Source: Chrysomallon squamiferum (lineage: Eukaryota > Animalia > Mollusca). Taken from it: DNA of 64,000 nucleotides. The notes under the pieces are model-generated. The model saw only the letters and a program-made list of their open reading frames with translations, was not told the origin of the DNA and ran no database searches. Position numbers and translations under genes: made by a program. The stretch's first letter is position 1; each line of letters begins with the position of its first letter. Positions 49,885 to 62,768 of this stretch are shown here, in pieces. The stretch lies in NCBI GenBank assembly GCA_012295275.1, contig CM022679.1:8060001-8124000 (forward strand). Reading direction: 5' to 3'.

Positions 49885-51992
49885 TTTAAATGATTTACTG
49901 TTATGAGCTGTTGTATAAACGTTGGCACCATTCCCGTTTCCTTTAATAGCGTACTGACGTAATTTATTTTCGCACCCCAGAAACAGGAAGATGTGTCATG
50001 ATGAATGTCTAATGTGTTTGTTATGATAACAGCGCATGGAAATAAATAGTTTGCTTTCTGATTTAACAAACAAGTCAAAAATCAAACATATGACAAGAAG
50101 ACTAATTATAAAACAGAAGTGTCGTGTTTTGAAACAAGTCGTGTGTGTGTGTCTATGCATGTGTGTGTATACGTGTGTGTATATATGTATGTGTGTGTTT
50201 AAATATTTACACATACATACATACACATATAGAGTGAGAGACACTGAGACAGTTGTCCCGTTTACTCGTCTACATGTACATACTCTTTGAATTAAATCTC
50301 GACACCATGGTATCAACTGCGCTACAGCATAACTGAGAGCGTTTCTTCGCTAGTTTGTTTTTCACATCCTCTGTTTTCTGTATGTATTCTACATACTGGT
50401 GAAAATACTCTTTAACTATGATACTAATTATAAAACCTGTATATTATTTATTATTATTATTATTATTATTATGATTATTATTAACAATAATAATAAGAAA
50501 AAACAATGCACCAAAAAAAAAAAAAAAAAAAAAAAACAGAAGAAGAAGAAAATAAATAAATAAATAAATATATAAATAAATAAATAATATAAAAATTATT
50601 TTAAAAAAAGGGAGAAGAAGACGAAAAGAGTATGTAAGAAAACTTTTTAGAAATTTAATATCAACTGATCATTTTTAATACTTACATTTTAATTCGGACA
50701 TTTTTTTAATTAAAAAATCGTTTGTGTTTCTCGACACCGGTTATATTAATTAATTACAATACACAAACTATTTAATCTCCACATAAACATTTCCTTTGTG
50801 AGCTGTAATAGATAAACCAAAAGAAAAACAATAGACTAAGTGAAATAAATAAACGATAAAATAAAACATGATTAAACTGACAAATAAATATTGTAAAAAA
50901 AAAAGCAATAAAGTAAAATAAAATAGCATTAAATACAATAAATAAAAAATCAGAAATAGAAAAGCAAGAAAGAAGAAAAACAAAGTAACCTAGACCACTG
51001 AATCTAAAATGATTTCACTGTAATTCTTCCTCTAATCTTTCTCACGAAATATTATTAATAATTCCATTCAAACTTTGTTGAATTATTCATCATTTTAAGA
51101 AGTAAAGTCCTAGAAACAGCGGTTGACATGACAGTATCTTTGACACTGTAAGTGAGAGAATTCTGGGGCATCGTCAGTCATAATACTTTGCTTGGTCTGT
51201 TATTTCTACATCTGAATTTAAAATATTCTAGCAGCAACGAAGAAGCTGTCAAGCTTACTGGTGAAGCATTATTCTGAGGTATGTTTGGTCGGAGGATCAA
51301 ATCTCCTTAGTTTTTGTCCATTTACACTATTTTTAACTATCATCATTACCACACAAAGTGTTTTATGTCTATGAAAAGGTGAAAATATAAAAAGTTATCT
51401 TGCTGCTAATGGAAAAAGAGTGGCTATGAAGACAAATGAAGACATAGAAGTTTTTTTTTTTTTTTTTCTTGTTGTTTTGTTTTTATTATTTCTGGTAACA
51501 GTGATTGACGTGGAGAGCCAAAATTCTATTTTCTTCTTGGATAGTGTCATGTAAGTCAGGACAAAATAAATAAAATCTTAAATATTAGTAGGTTAATACG
51601 TCAAGAAAAACCAAATGATCCGCCTAGTAAAAGACTAATAAATATCTAAATATATACTCTATAAACATAGTTACAAAATTTGAAATAATGAAGCTTAATT
51701 TTAACTTTTTTGGATACCAAAGAAATAACATAGAAGCAGTAAAAATTAATATATACTTTTGAATACAGATTTTAAATTCATTAAAATTTATATCAATGAA
51801 AACTATAAGTTAAAATAAAATTAAACTTTTTTTGGATACTAAAGAAATGTTAAAAGCAAGTAATAGAAAGTAATACACACGGTCTTATAATAACTCATAA
51901 TCATCTGGATATATTTTAAATCCTTTGTCGTCTGTTTAACTAGAGATTTATATACGTTCTCTGATGTATTGTAGATTATAATTCTTCCGAGT

Positions 51993-53891
51993 TCATAGCA
52001 AAGCTGCAGTCAGTAAAGTGATGTAAAACAACGCAAAGCGTGGCGTGAGAAAACCTGCAGAATTCTTCGGGTCTGGAAAGAATTCCGGTCTTTCCCAAAG
52101 TGTTACCGCATCTCCCTCAACTACGACAAATGACGTCAGAGGTGTCACAAAGCCATACTTCAGCGATATTTCCTGAGCCAAGCGTTCATATCTGTCCGCT
52201 TCTTCGGCTGTGTTCGCAACGGCCATTTTCTTCAAGAGATCTTTAACTCTGAGGTAAGCATAGAGTTTACAGATTCTGTCGGAATCTTCTTGCTTGTTCA
52301 GTTTCGAGTTGACATTCAGGAAAATCTGACCATCCTTTGATAATCCAACAACGATGACACTAACTGACTTCTTAGCGTCGTTTAGTTTGCCGGCAGTAAC
52401 GAGCTCAGTGCCGTCAAAATACTGGAGGTACTTGTTCTGTGTCACTTCAGCACTGTCGAAATTATAGTTTACGGCGATATTGAGCAACACAGGATTTTCT
52501 ATTTGAGAAAAGAAATCAGTAAGCTGCTTTTCAGCATCTTCATCGTCGTAAATTCTGAGAGTTTCGCCGTTATTGTCCCAAGACAGTTTCTTCAAAAAGT
52601 CGAAATCTAAATCAAATCCAAAAGCCAGTGAGAATATTGCAATTAGTTTCGTTCCATTGTTCGCTGCCCGTACCTTTTCATGAATTGTCTTGAGATCAGT
52701 GACCCCTGCAGTCGGTTTTCCGTCCGATAGAAACATAATGAGATTAGCTCGAGTTCCTGAAAGACTGAATGATCTTTGTAGCGAGCGGATGGCTTCCATC
52801 ATTGCCCAGTTAATATTTGTGGAACCATTTGCTCTTACATTTTCTTCTACATACTGTTTGGCTAATTTAATATTTTCGCTGTTTGCAACTTGTGGTTCTT
52901 GGCGCCATTTTAGGACATACCCATTGAACAAGATTAAGTTAAAAACATCTTCTGGCCGGAGCTTGTCAAATATGATCAAGAGTGATTCTCTTGTACGATT
53001 TATTTTATTTTTGCCCTCCATCGATCCACTGATATCTATAAGAAATATAATGTTTTTGTTCAAAGGCGAAAGATCACTGGGTGCCAGATAGTGAACGAAA
53101 CAGCCGTTGTTGATGATCATCACTCCTCCATCTCGTTTCTGGTTCACATCATACTCAACCTCAAATTCAACGTTCATTCCACTCTGGTTATTGTACGTAA
53201 TTTGCTCTGCAGCTGATGGTTTGTAGTAGATTGTTCTAGAATCGGGAAACTCTCGAAGTTTTACACTGTCTCCGGAAAATTTCATTCTCTGAGTTCCGTT
53301 GCGAAGTTGAAAGTCAAATTGTTTGAAACCTTGTGGTTCCTCGAATTCTGCTTTTAATATAAGATCGCGAACAATTTGTTGAGGCTGGATAATGAATCTC
53401 TGAACGTATCGAGAAAGTTTGCGTTTTAGCAGTTCTTGATAAGTGAGGTGAATCGAAACCTGAGAATCAGCCGCCACACTGAAGCTAACCTTGTACGCGT
53501 CCATATCTCTTTTTTCTGATCTTTCGAGATGAGTGATTTGCCAAGCGGGTTTACCTTTTCCTTCTGCATCGTCATTCTTTTCTGTTTCATTCTTAACATA
53601 AAATTTTCCTGAATATGCCGATCCATTAATCACCATGTTGAAAGTAGAAATAAAAGCAGTTTCTGGAATCTGAAACACCATAGATGTGTCTTTGCTTTGA
53701 TTCCCTCTGTTGATCATGCTGCTGTAGACATTGACGATTGCAAATCTGGACTCAACTTTAGACCAGATGTGAAATTCAGCTATTTCAATTTTGTTATCCT
53801 CATTAGCTGCTTTTCCATTCGAGTTTATCTCTGCCACAACAGGAGATAATAAAATACACAAACTAAGTAAATGTAGTGAACGTTTCATCAT
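51993..53891 (-). CDS. ITIH: ITIH-like VIT-vWA protein, copy C, intronless, 632 aa
   Basis: First ATG at 53891. One-codon insertion after DISGSMEG and an 8-aa shorter C-terminal stalk. MIDAS intact. Confidence 0.94.
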   Translation of the reverse strand: MMKRSLHLLSLCILLSPVVAEINSNGKAANEDNKIEIAEFHIWSKVESRFAIVNVYSSMINRGNQSKDTSMVFQIPETAFISTFNMVINGSAYSGKFYVKNETEKNDDAEGKGKPAWQITHLERSEKRDMDAYKVSFSVAADSQVSIHLTYQELLKRKLSRYVQRFIIQPQQIVRDLILKAEFEEPQGFKQFDFQLRNGTQRMKFSGDSVKLREFPDSRTIYYKPSAAEQITYNNQSGMNVEFEVEYDVNQKRDGGVMIINNGCFVHYLAPSDLSPLNKNIIFLIDISGSMEGKNKINRTRESLLIIFDKLRPEDVFNLILFNGYVLKWRQEPQVANSENIKLAKQYVEENVRANGSTNINWAMMEAIRSLQRSFSLSGTRANLIMFLSDGKPTAGVTDLKTIHEKVRAANNGTKLIAIFSLAFGFDLDFDFLKKLSWDNNGETLRIYDDEDAEKQLTDFFSQIENPVLLNIAVNYNFDSAEVTQNKYLQYFDGTELVTAGKLNDAKKSVSVIVVGLSKDGQIFLNVNSKLNKQEDSDRICKLYAYLRVKDLLKKMAVANTAEEADRYERLAQEISLKYGFVTPLTSFVVVEGDAVTLWERPEFFPDPKNSAGFLTPRFALFYITLLTAALL

Positions 53892-54220
53892 AATAAATCT
53901 CTTCCAACAGTTCTGCAATTGGAGTTAAACGTCTTACTCTGCTGCCTGTGAGAAGCTTTGTGAAAGTAAAAATTATCTCCTACTCGAATTGATATCTTTT
54001 ACTGATTACAGGAAGGACGTTACTGAAGGGAAGAATAGACAAAAGATAGGGCTAAATAGATGAAATGTTTTCTTTAGTCAAAGAGAAATTTGAAACCTTA
54101 TTATAACCTGAGGTAAAAAGCTAATACAAAACATGATTCCAGTAAAAACATATTAACATAATTGATTTACGCTCGACAGAAGCAAGAACAGCTTTTATCA
54201 TTCAAATAAGGTATACATTA

Positions 54221-54270
<50 letters not shown>

Positions 54271-54776
54271 TATTTGTGGTTTCGCAGGGAAGATGTGTAC
54301 TGATGTGTGTCTAATGTGTTTGTAATGCTAAGAATGTATGGTATTTAATAATTAGCTTTCTGCTTCAACAAAGAAGTCAAAAACCAAAATTCAAAAACAA
54401 GAAAAGAAAACTAAAGAAATAGGAAAGAAATAAAAAAACCTCTTAATCTCAAAACAGTACTAGTCTGTGTGTTATTATATATATATATATATATTATATA
54501 TATATATATATATATACATACACATAAACACACACATACATGTATATTTTATCTATCACACTTAAGTCCACAATGTTTTAATGTAAAATGAAAGAGTCAT
54601 AATTTTATACTGAATTAAATAACACTGTTCTTAAGGTTTATATACAATTTTTTAATTTGTTACGGGATTTTTTTATTTTTTTTTTTATATGTTATTATTA
54701 GTATTGTGTGTTATATTGTCTTATATAACGATTATTTAATGTCATGTCATGACGGGGTATATATTTAATTAGTTGT

Positions 54777-54798
54777 TTATTATTATTATTATTATTTA

Positions 54799-54877
<79 letters not shown>

Positions 54878-54898
54878 TTTTTTTTTTTTTTTTTTTTT
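54777..54898. repeat. (ATT)n microsatellite plus poly-T
   Basis: Direct reading; explains the poly-N/poly-I ORFs. Confidence 0.93.
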
Positions 54899-55253
54899 GG
54901 TATTCCCCAACTTATAACTGTACATAAACTGACCAAGGTAGCTAATTTACATTTACGAATTTCGGTATAAAAGGCTTTTTACTGTCTGTAAACTCGTATA
55001 AACGAGAAAGAAAACTTGTTTCCATTCCCATCTTAGCTGAAAGATACTTTGTCATCTGAGATTCTGCTAACTGCTTTGTTCTGTACTTATTCTGTGCATC
55101 TGATATACGTATATACACATACACATACATACATAATAATACATTCGTATTTACGCATACATACATACATACATGTCCTGTACCAGTGCATTCCTGGATA
55201 TTGTTTATATGCAGAGTCTAATAAGACGTACATAAGAGAATATTCAAAATCAT

Positions 55254-55293
<40 letters not shown>

Positions 55294-55721
55294 TTGTTCT
55301 TGGTAAAAGGTATGAACTACTGACTTGCTAACAAACAAAAACAAATAAAAAGAAGAAAAAAGATTTTGATCACCAATAAAGCTGAAAAAGACGAAGGACG
55401 TATGTAATAGATAGCAAGATCTGATATATATTTTTTTTCAAGGAGGATAATAGTGTTATAACTGATTGAATAACACAAGTACCAAGACGTATCACGTTTT
55501 CTAGGAATATGTTAAAGTACATACGATTAAAAAATGTGAAGAGTTTACTTCTATCTTTTTGAAAATAATGCTTACAAATTAGTTAGATAAAAAGCAAGTA
55601 CCAAGACGTATCACGTTTTCAATTAGTCTCACTGTGAATAGTTTACTTCTATCGTTTTGAAAATAACGCTTAGAAATTAATTACATAAAAAGTAAATTGA
55701 CATATGACTGGTAAAATCTGG

Positions 55722-55753
<32 letters not shown>

Positions 55754-57493
55754 ACAAACAAACAAACAAATACATAAATAAATACACAACAAAATGTGTC
55801 ATTAACAATCCGCTTACATTTCAGTGTTTGGATTATGTCCGCAAGATACCAACTAAGTCAAAGGTATTATGTGTGTAACGAGTAATTTAATTTCTATCAC
55901 GGAGCAGTCGCTGTGAGTAATGATTTGTAATAATAAAAGTAACTGCATAAAATAAATTAACCTTTAACTTGACCAAAACTTTATATAATGAAATATAATA
56001 AGAACATTTATCTTAATTGGTATTAAATAAAATAATGAAATGAATCAAACCAAAAAACAATTAAATAAATAAATAAATATACTAATGAATTATAAGATAT
56101 ACTAGAAAAATTGGCAAATCAATCAACTTAAAACAATAAATAAATAAATAAATAAAATTAATTTTAAAAGTAAAATAAATAAAACAAAATATAATTGAAA
56201 AATAGTATTGAAAACCAAAAATGTAAAATAAAAGGAAATCATTATTTATTTTTAGTTAAAAAACGACAACGTCTTTCCTAATTGTTCAAAGAAATCACAA
56301 AACCTTTTTTAATATACCTTATAAATAATAAACGACATGTGAAACTTTAAAATGATTTATTAATACATTAACATTCCACGTACAGAAAATATTAATTAAT
56401 TTATTTAAAAATAAAATAAAATAAAGGAAGAAAGAAGAACAACAAACTAATCTAGATCATTGCATCTTAAATTATTTCACTGTAATTCTTCCTCTAATCT
56501 TTATCATAAAATTTTATTAATAATTCGCGACTAATGTTTCTTATAATTTTGCAAATTTTCGTCTTACTCCAGATTCATTCACTGGAAAATAATTTCATTC
56601 ACACTTAGTTGAATTATTCACCATTTTAAGAAGCAGTGTCCTAGAAACAGCTTTTGACATGGCAGTACCTTTGACTGTGTAACAGAGAGAATTCTCGGGT
56701 TGAACACTTAAAAAATAAACAAATCTTTAGTTATTATACTTTGCCTGGTCGGTTATTTCAGCATCTAAATTTAAAATATTATATTATCATTACAAGTAAT
56801 CAAGAAACTCTGTGTAATTTTTTGGTAAAACATTATTCTCAAGTGTGTTTGGTCGGGGGATCAAATCTCCTTAGTTGTCCATCTAGATTATTTTCAACTA
56901 TTATCATTACATCATGATATATATATAAGACAGTACCGTGGGTTTTACTCTCTATGAAAAGGTGAATATGAAAGTTATCTTGCTGCATCATCTCTCATTA
57001 ACATTATAGACCTTACTTTAGCAAACGAAGACATTCTTATTTCTTCTTGCTTTGTTTTTATTTTTTCGTATAACAGAAATTGATTTTGAGAGACAAAATT
57101 CTATTTCCTTATAGGATACTGCCATGTGAGTCAGGACAAAATAATACAAAACCTTCACATTCTTAAATATTAATAGGTTAATACGTCCAAAAAAAAAAAA
57201 AACATCAGAAAATCCGCCTAGTAAATGACTAATAAATATCTGTATAGAAAGACTATGGACACAGAGACAAAATTTGGACATCGGTTGTCTAGAAAATAAT
57301 TAACCTTAATATACAGTTTTCTTGGATACCAAATAAATACTAAAAGCAAATAATAGAAAGTAATACACACGATCTTTTAATAACGGATAATAATCTGGAT
57401 ATATTTTAAATCCACTGTCCTCTGTTTAACTACAGGTTTAGATACGTTTTCTGATGTATTGTAGATTACAATCAAAGGTGAAAGTGTTAGCGT

Positions 57494-59413
57494 TCACGGT
57501 GAAGCTGCAGTCAGTAAAGTGATGTAACACAACGCAAAGCGTGGCGTGAGAAAACCTGCAGAATTCGGCGAGTCTACCGGATCAGTGTCTACCGGCTCTG
57601 GAAAGAATTCCGGTCTTTTCCAAGGTGTCACCGGATCTCCCTCCACTACGACAAATGACGTCAAAGGTGTCACAAAGCCATACTTCAGCGACATTTTCTC
57701 AGCCAAGCGTTCATATCTGTCCGCTTCTTCGGTTGTTTCCGCTACGGCCATTTTCTTCAAGAGATCTTTAACTCTCAGGTAAGCGTAGAGTTTACAGATT
57801 CTGTCGGAATCTTCTTGCTTAACCAGTTTCGTGTTCACATTCAGAACAATCTGACCATCCTTTGTTAATGCAGTAACGGTAACATTAATTGTCGACTTAG
57901 TATCGTTTATTTTGCCGGCAGTAACGAGCTCAGTCCCGTCAAAATACTGGAGGTATTTGTTCTGTGTCACTTCAGCGCTGTCGAAATTAAAGTTTATGAC
58001 GATATTGACCAACACGGGACTTTCTATTTGAGAAAAGAAATCAGTAAGCTGCTTTTCAGCATCTTGATCGTCGTAAATTCTGACAATGTCGCCGTTATTG
58101 TCCCAAGACAGTTTCTTCAAAAACTCGAAATCTAAATCAAATCCAAAAGCCAGTGAGAATATCGCGATTTGCGTCGTTCCACTGTTTGCTTTCCGTACGT
58201 TGTCTTGAATTGTCTTGAGATCAGTCACCCCTGCAGTTGGTTCTCCATCCGACAGAAACATAATGAGATTAGCTCGTGTTCCTGAAAGACTGAATGATGT
58301 TTGAAGTGAGCGGATGGCCTCCAACAAAGCCAAATTAATATTTGTGGAACCATTTGCTCTTACATTTTCTTCTATATACTGTTTGGCTGATTTAATATTC
58401 TCGCTGTTTGCGACTTGCGGTTCTTGGCGCCATTTCGTAACATTTCTGTTGAATAAGATTATGTTAAAAACATCTTCTGGCCGGAGTTTGTCAAATATGA
58501 TCAAGAGTGATTCTCTTGTACGATTTATTTTATTGCCCGCCATCGATCCACTGATATCTATAAGAAATATAATGTTTTTGTTCAAAGGCGAAAGATCACT
58601 GGGTGCCAGAAAGTGAACGAAACAGCCGTTGTTGATGATCATCACTCCTCCGTCTCGTTTCTGGTTCACATCATACTCAACCTCAAATTCAACGTTCATT
58701 CCACTCTGGTTATTGTACATAATTTGCTCTGCAGCTGATGGTTTGTAGTAGATTGTTCTTGTATCGGGAGACTCTCGAAGTTTTACACTGTCTCTGGAAA
58801 CTGTAATGTTGTGAGTTCCGTTGCGAAGCTGAAAGACAAAATGTTTGAAGCCTTGTGGTTCCTCGAATTCTGCTTTTAATATAAGATCGCGAACAATTTG
58901 TTGAGGCTGAATAATAAATCTCTGAACGTATCGAGAAAGTTTGCGTTTTAGCAGTTCTTGGTAAGTGAGGTGAATCGAAACCTCAGAATCTGCCGCCACA
59001 CTGAAGCTAACCTTGTACGCATCCATATCTCTTTTTTCTGATCTTCCGAGTTGATTGATTTGCCAGGCTGTTTGACCTTTTTCTTTTGCATCGTTATACT
59101 TTTCTGTTTCATTCTTAGGATACAGTTTTCCTAAATAAGCCGATCCATTAATCACCATGTAGAAAGTAGAAATAAAAGCAGTTTCTGGAATCTGAAATAC
59201 GATCGATGTGTCTTTGCTTTCATTCCCTCTGTTGATCATACTGCTGTAGACATTCACGATTGCAAATCTCGATTCAACTTTAGACCAGATGTGAAATTCT
59301 GTTATTTCAATTTTGTTATCCTCATCATCTACCTTTCCATTCGCGTTTATCTCTGCCAGAACTGGAGAGAATACAATACACAAGCTAAGTAAATGTAGTG
59401 AGCGTTTCATCAT
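57494..59413 (-). CDS. ITIH: ITIH-like VIT-vWA protein, copy D, intronless, 639 aa
   Basis: First ATG at 59413. Same architecture, MIDAS intact. Confidence 0.94.
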   Translation of the reverse strand: MMKRSLHLLSLCIVFSPVLAEINANGKVDDEDNKIEITEFHIWSKVESRFAIVNVYSSMINRGNESKDTSIVFQIPETAFISTFYMVINGSAYLGKLYPKNETEKYNDAKEKGQTAWQINQLGRSEKRDMDAYKVSFSVAADSEVSIHLTYQELLKRKLSRYVQRFIIQPQQIVRDLILKAEFEEPQGFKHFVFQLRNGTHNITVSRDSVKLRESPDTRTIYYKPSAAEQIMYNNQSGMNVEFEVEYDVNQKRDGGVMIINNGCFVHFLAPSDLSPLNKNIIFLIDISGSMAGNKINRTRESLLIIFDKLRPEDVFNIILFNRNVTKWRQEPQVANSENIKSAKQYIEENVRANGSTNINLALLEAIRSLQTSFSLSGTRANLIMFLSDGEPTAGVTDLKTIQDNVRKANSGTTQIAIFSLAFGFDLDFEFLKKLSWDNNGDIVRIYDDQDAEKQLTDFFSQIESPVLVNIVINFNFDSAEVTQNKYLQYFDGTELVTAGKINDTKSTINVTVTALTKDGQIVLNVNTKLVKQEDSDRICKLYAYLRVKDLLKKMAVAETTEEADRYERLAEKMSLKYGFVTPLTSFVVVEGDPVTPWKRPEFFPEPVDTDPVDSPNSAGFLTPRFALCYITLLTAASP

Positions 59414-59498
59414 AATAATTCTCTTCCAACAGTTGCGCAAGTGGAGTTAAACGTCTTTCTCTGCTGCCTGTTAAGAGCTTTATGAAAATATGAGTGAT

Positions 59499-59923
59499 CT
59501 CCTAGTTCAATTTATATCGTTTAATATTTAAAACAAGGATGTTACCGAAGAGAAGAATAGAGAAAAGACACACCCAAATCAATTAAATATTTTTTTAATA
59601 TGACAAACACATTACACAATTTATCATGACGCATCTTCCCTGTGAAACTACAAATATGGTTATTATTATTCATTTATTTATTTATTTTATACATTACTTG
59701 AATGAAGAAAGCATTCCTGTTTCAGTGATGCAAAAATAAATTATGTTATTACGCTATTTATGGAATCACGATTTGTATCAGCTTGATGCTGCATGTGAAA
59801 AAAAATTCAGATTTCTCTTTGTGTAAAGAAAATATTTAATTGATTTGGGTGTGTCTTTTCTCTATTCTTCTCTTCGGTAACATCCTTGTTGTAAATATTA
59901 AACGATATAAACTGAACAAGGAG
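59499..59923. repeat. 95-bp inverted repeat (59499-59593 / 59829-59923) bracketing a locally inverted segment
   Basis: Arms differ at 3 positions by my reading. 59595-59923 is the reverse complement of the sequence found at ~40285-40614 upstream of copy A. Confidence 0.9.
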
Positions 59924-60648
59924 AATCGTGATAAATAAATTCCTTTATGATTTAACCAACAAGTAAAAAAATGAAACATAATCTGAAATATTATTATTTA
60001 TTTATTTATTTATTTATTTATTCAATTTATTGATTTATTTCTGTTCTCAAGCTTATAATAAACTAAGTACCAATTTTACGTCTACATATTTGGGTACAAA
60101 AGGCATTTAAGTATGTGTATACTGTTATATAAACGAGAAAGAAAACTTGTTTGCATTCCCCTGTTAGATGAAAGATACTTTGTTATCTGTTGCAATTGTT
60201 TGAGATCTAGCTAACTGCTTTGGTCTGCACTTTTTCACATATATGCACGCATATTGACATTCATATATACGCACTACGTACGTACATACATATAATCCAT
60301 TGGCAGTCCTGTCCCGAATACTGTCTCTATGCAGTCTAATCAGGCATGTACATAAGTCAGAGAATATTCAAAATCGTAAAACACACCCATCCACACCCAT
60401 GCATTTACCCACACATATCCAGTTTCCTTGCGAAAATGTATAAACTACTGAATTGCTGACAAAAAGAAAAAGAAAAACAAAAAGAAGCTTTTTGTCAACG
60501 ATAAAGCTGAAAAAGACGAAAGACGTATGTAATAGATAGCAAGATCCGATTCAAGGAAGATAATATTGTCATAACAGAGTGAATAATACAGTATCGAGAC
60601 GTATCATGTTTTCAAGGTGTGTGTTAAACTGAAAAGGATTTTAACTTA

Positions 60649-60696
<48 letters not shown>

Positions 60697-61023
60697 ATTA
60701 ATCTCAATATGAACAGTTTACTTCTAGCTTTTTCAAAATAACACTTACAAATTAATTAGATAAAAACCAAAATGACATATCACTGATGAGTCTCGGAAAA
60801 TTAGTTATTAAATAAATAAGTGAAAGAAAGTGACACAGATGGAAATATATAGATATAGAGACAGGCAGACAGTAAGACCGACAGACACAGGATAGGATAA
60901 GATGGGTACCAGATATGATATCAGATAAATATTGTCTTAAAGAAATCAGATCTTCAATACTGATTTATTTTCAGACCCAGTTAAATTTATTTACATTATA
61001 AACAAAACAGCAACAAAAATAAG

Positions 61024-61077
<54 letters not shown>

Positions 61078-62768
61078 CAGGAAATAAATAAAAATGGTGA
61101 ATAAACAAATACATTTTAAAGACCCATGCTTAGTTATTTTCCATCACGGAGCAGTCGCTGTGAGTAATGTTATGTAATAACAAAAATAACTGAATAAAAT
61201 AAACTAATCATTAAACTGACCAAAATATTATACAAGGAAATACAATAAGAAAATTTATTTTAAACGGTATTAGATAAAGTAAATAAAATAATAAAATAAA
61301 CAAACAATTAAGTAAATATAATAATTAAGTATAAGATAAAGTAGAAACAAAAATGACAAATCAATCAAATTTAAAAATTTCTAAATAAATAAATAAAATT
61401 AATTAATAAAAGTAAAATAAAACAAAATATAATTGAAAAACAGTATTAAAAACTGAAAATGTAAAATAAAAGAGAAATCATTATTTATTTCCAGTTAAAG
61501 AAGGACACTTCATTCCCAGTTCTTCGAGGAACTCATCAAACCTTTTTTAATTTACCTAATAAATAACAAATGACATGTGAAATTTTAATATGATTTATTA
61601 ATAGATTAATATTCCATATACAAAAAGTATTAATTTATTTATTTAAAAAACTGAAATAAAAAAGCAAGAAAAAAGAAAATGAAAGTAACCTAGATCGTTG
61701 CATCTAAAATGATTTCACTGTAATTCGTCCTCGAATGTTTCTTACAAAATTTTATTAATAATTAGCGACTAATTTTTCTTATCATTTTGCTAATTTTCGT
61801 CTTACTCACTTGAAAATAATTTCATTCATACTTAGTTGAATTATTCACCATTTTAAACAACAATGTACGAGAAACAGGTTTTGACAGTGTAAGGGAGAGA
61901 ATTCTGGGGTTGAAGACTTAAAAAATAAATACATCTTCAGTCATAATACTTTGCCTGGTCTATTATTTCTACATCTGAATTAATAATATTCTGTTATCAC
62001 TAGCAGTAACTAAGAAACTGTCTGTAACTTACTGCTAAAACATTATTCTGAAATATGTTTGGTTGGAGGATCAAATCTCCTTGGTTCTGCATTTAGACTA
62101 TTTTAAACTATCATTATTACCACACAATACTGTGTGTTTTACTGTCTATGAAAACGTGAATATAAAAGTTATATTGCTGCTAATCGAAAAAGAGTAAACT
62201 ATATATCTCATTAACTTTATGGTCCTGATGAAGACAAATGAAGACATATAAATGCTACTTTTGCATATGTTTTTGTTGGGCGTTTTTTGTTAAAAATAAT
62301 TGATGTGGAGAGCCAAAATTATATTTTATTCCTGGATACTGTCAGGTAAGTGAGAACAAAATAATACAACACCTGTAGAATCTTAAATATTAGTAGGTTA
62401 ATATGTTAAGAATAAACAAATAATCGGTCTAGTAAGTAACTAATACATTTTTAAATATATACTATATGGACATAGAGATAACATTTTCGCAAAATAATGA
62501 ACCTTAATATAAACTCTTTTCGATGCCGTAGAAAAATAAAAGAAAATACTTGAAATTAATATACATTTCTGAATACAGATGTATTTTTGAATTCATTTTG
62601 ATACTAAAGAAATAATAAAATAAAGTAGTAGAAAGTAATACATACGTTCTTTTATTAAGTGATTATAATCTATATATATTTTAAATACATTGTCCTCTGT
62701 TTAACTGTAGATTTAGATCGTGTCTTTGATGTATTGTAGATTACAATCAAAGGTGAAAGTGTTAGCGT

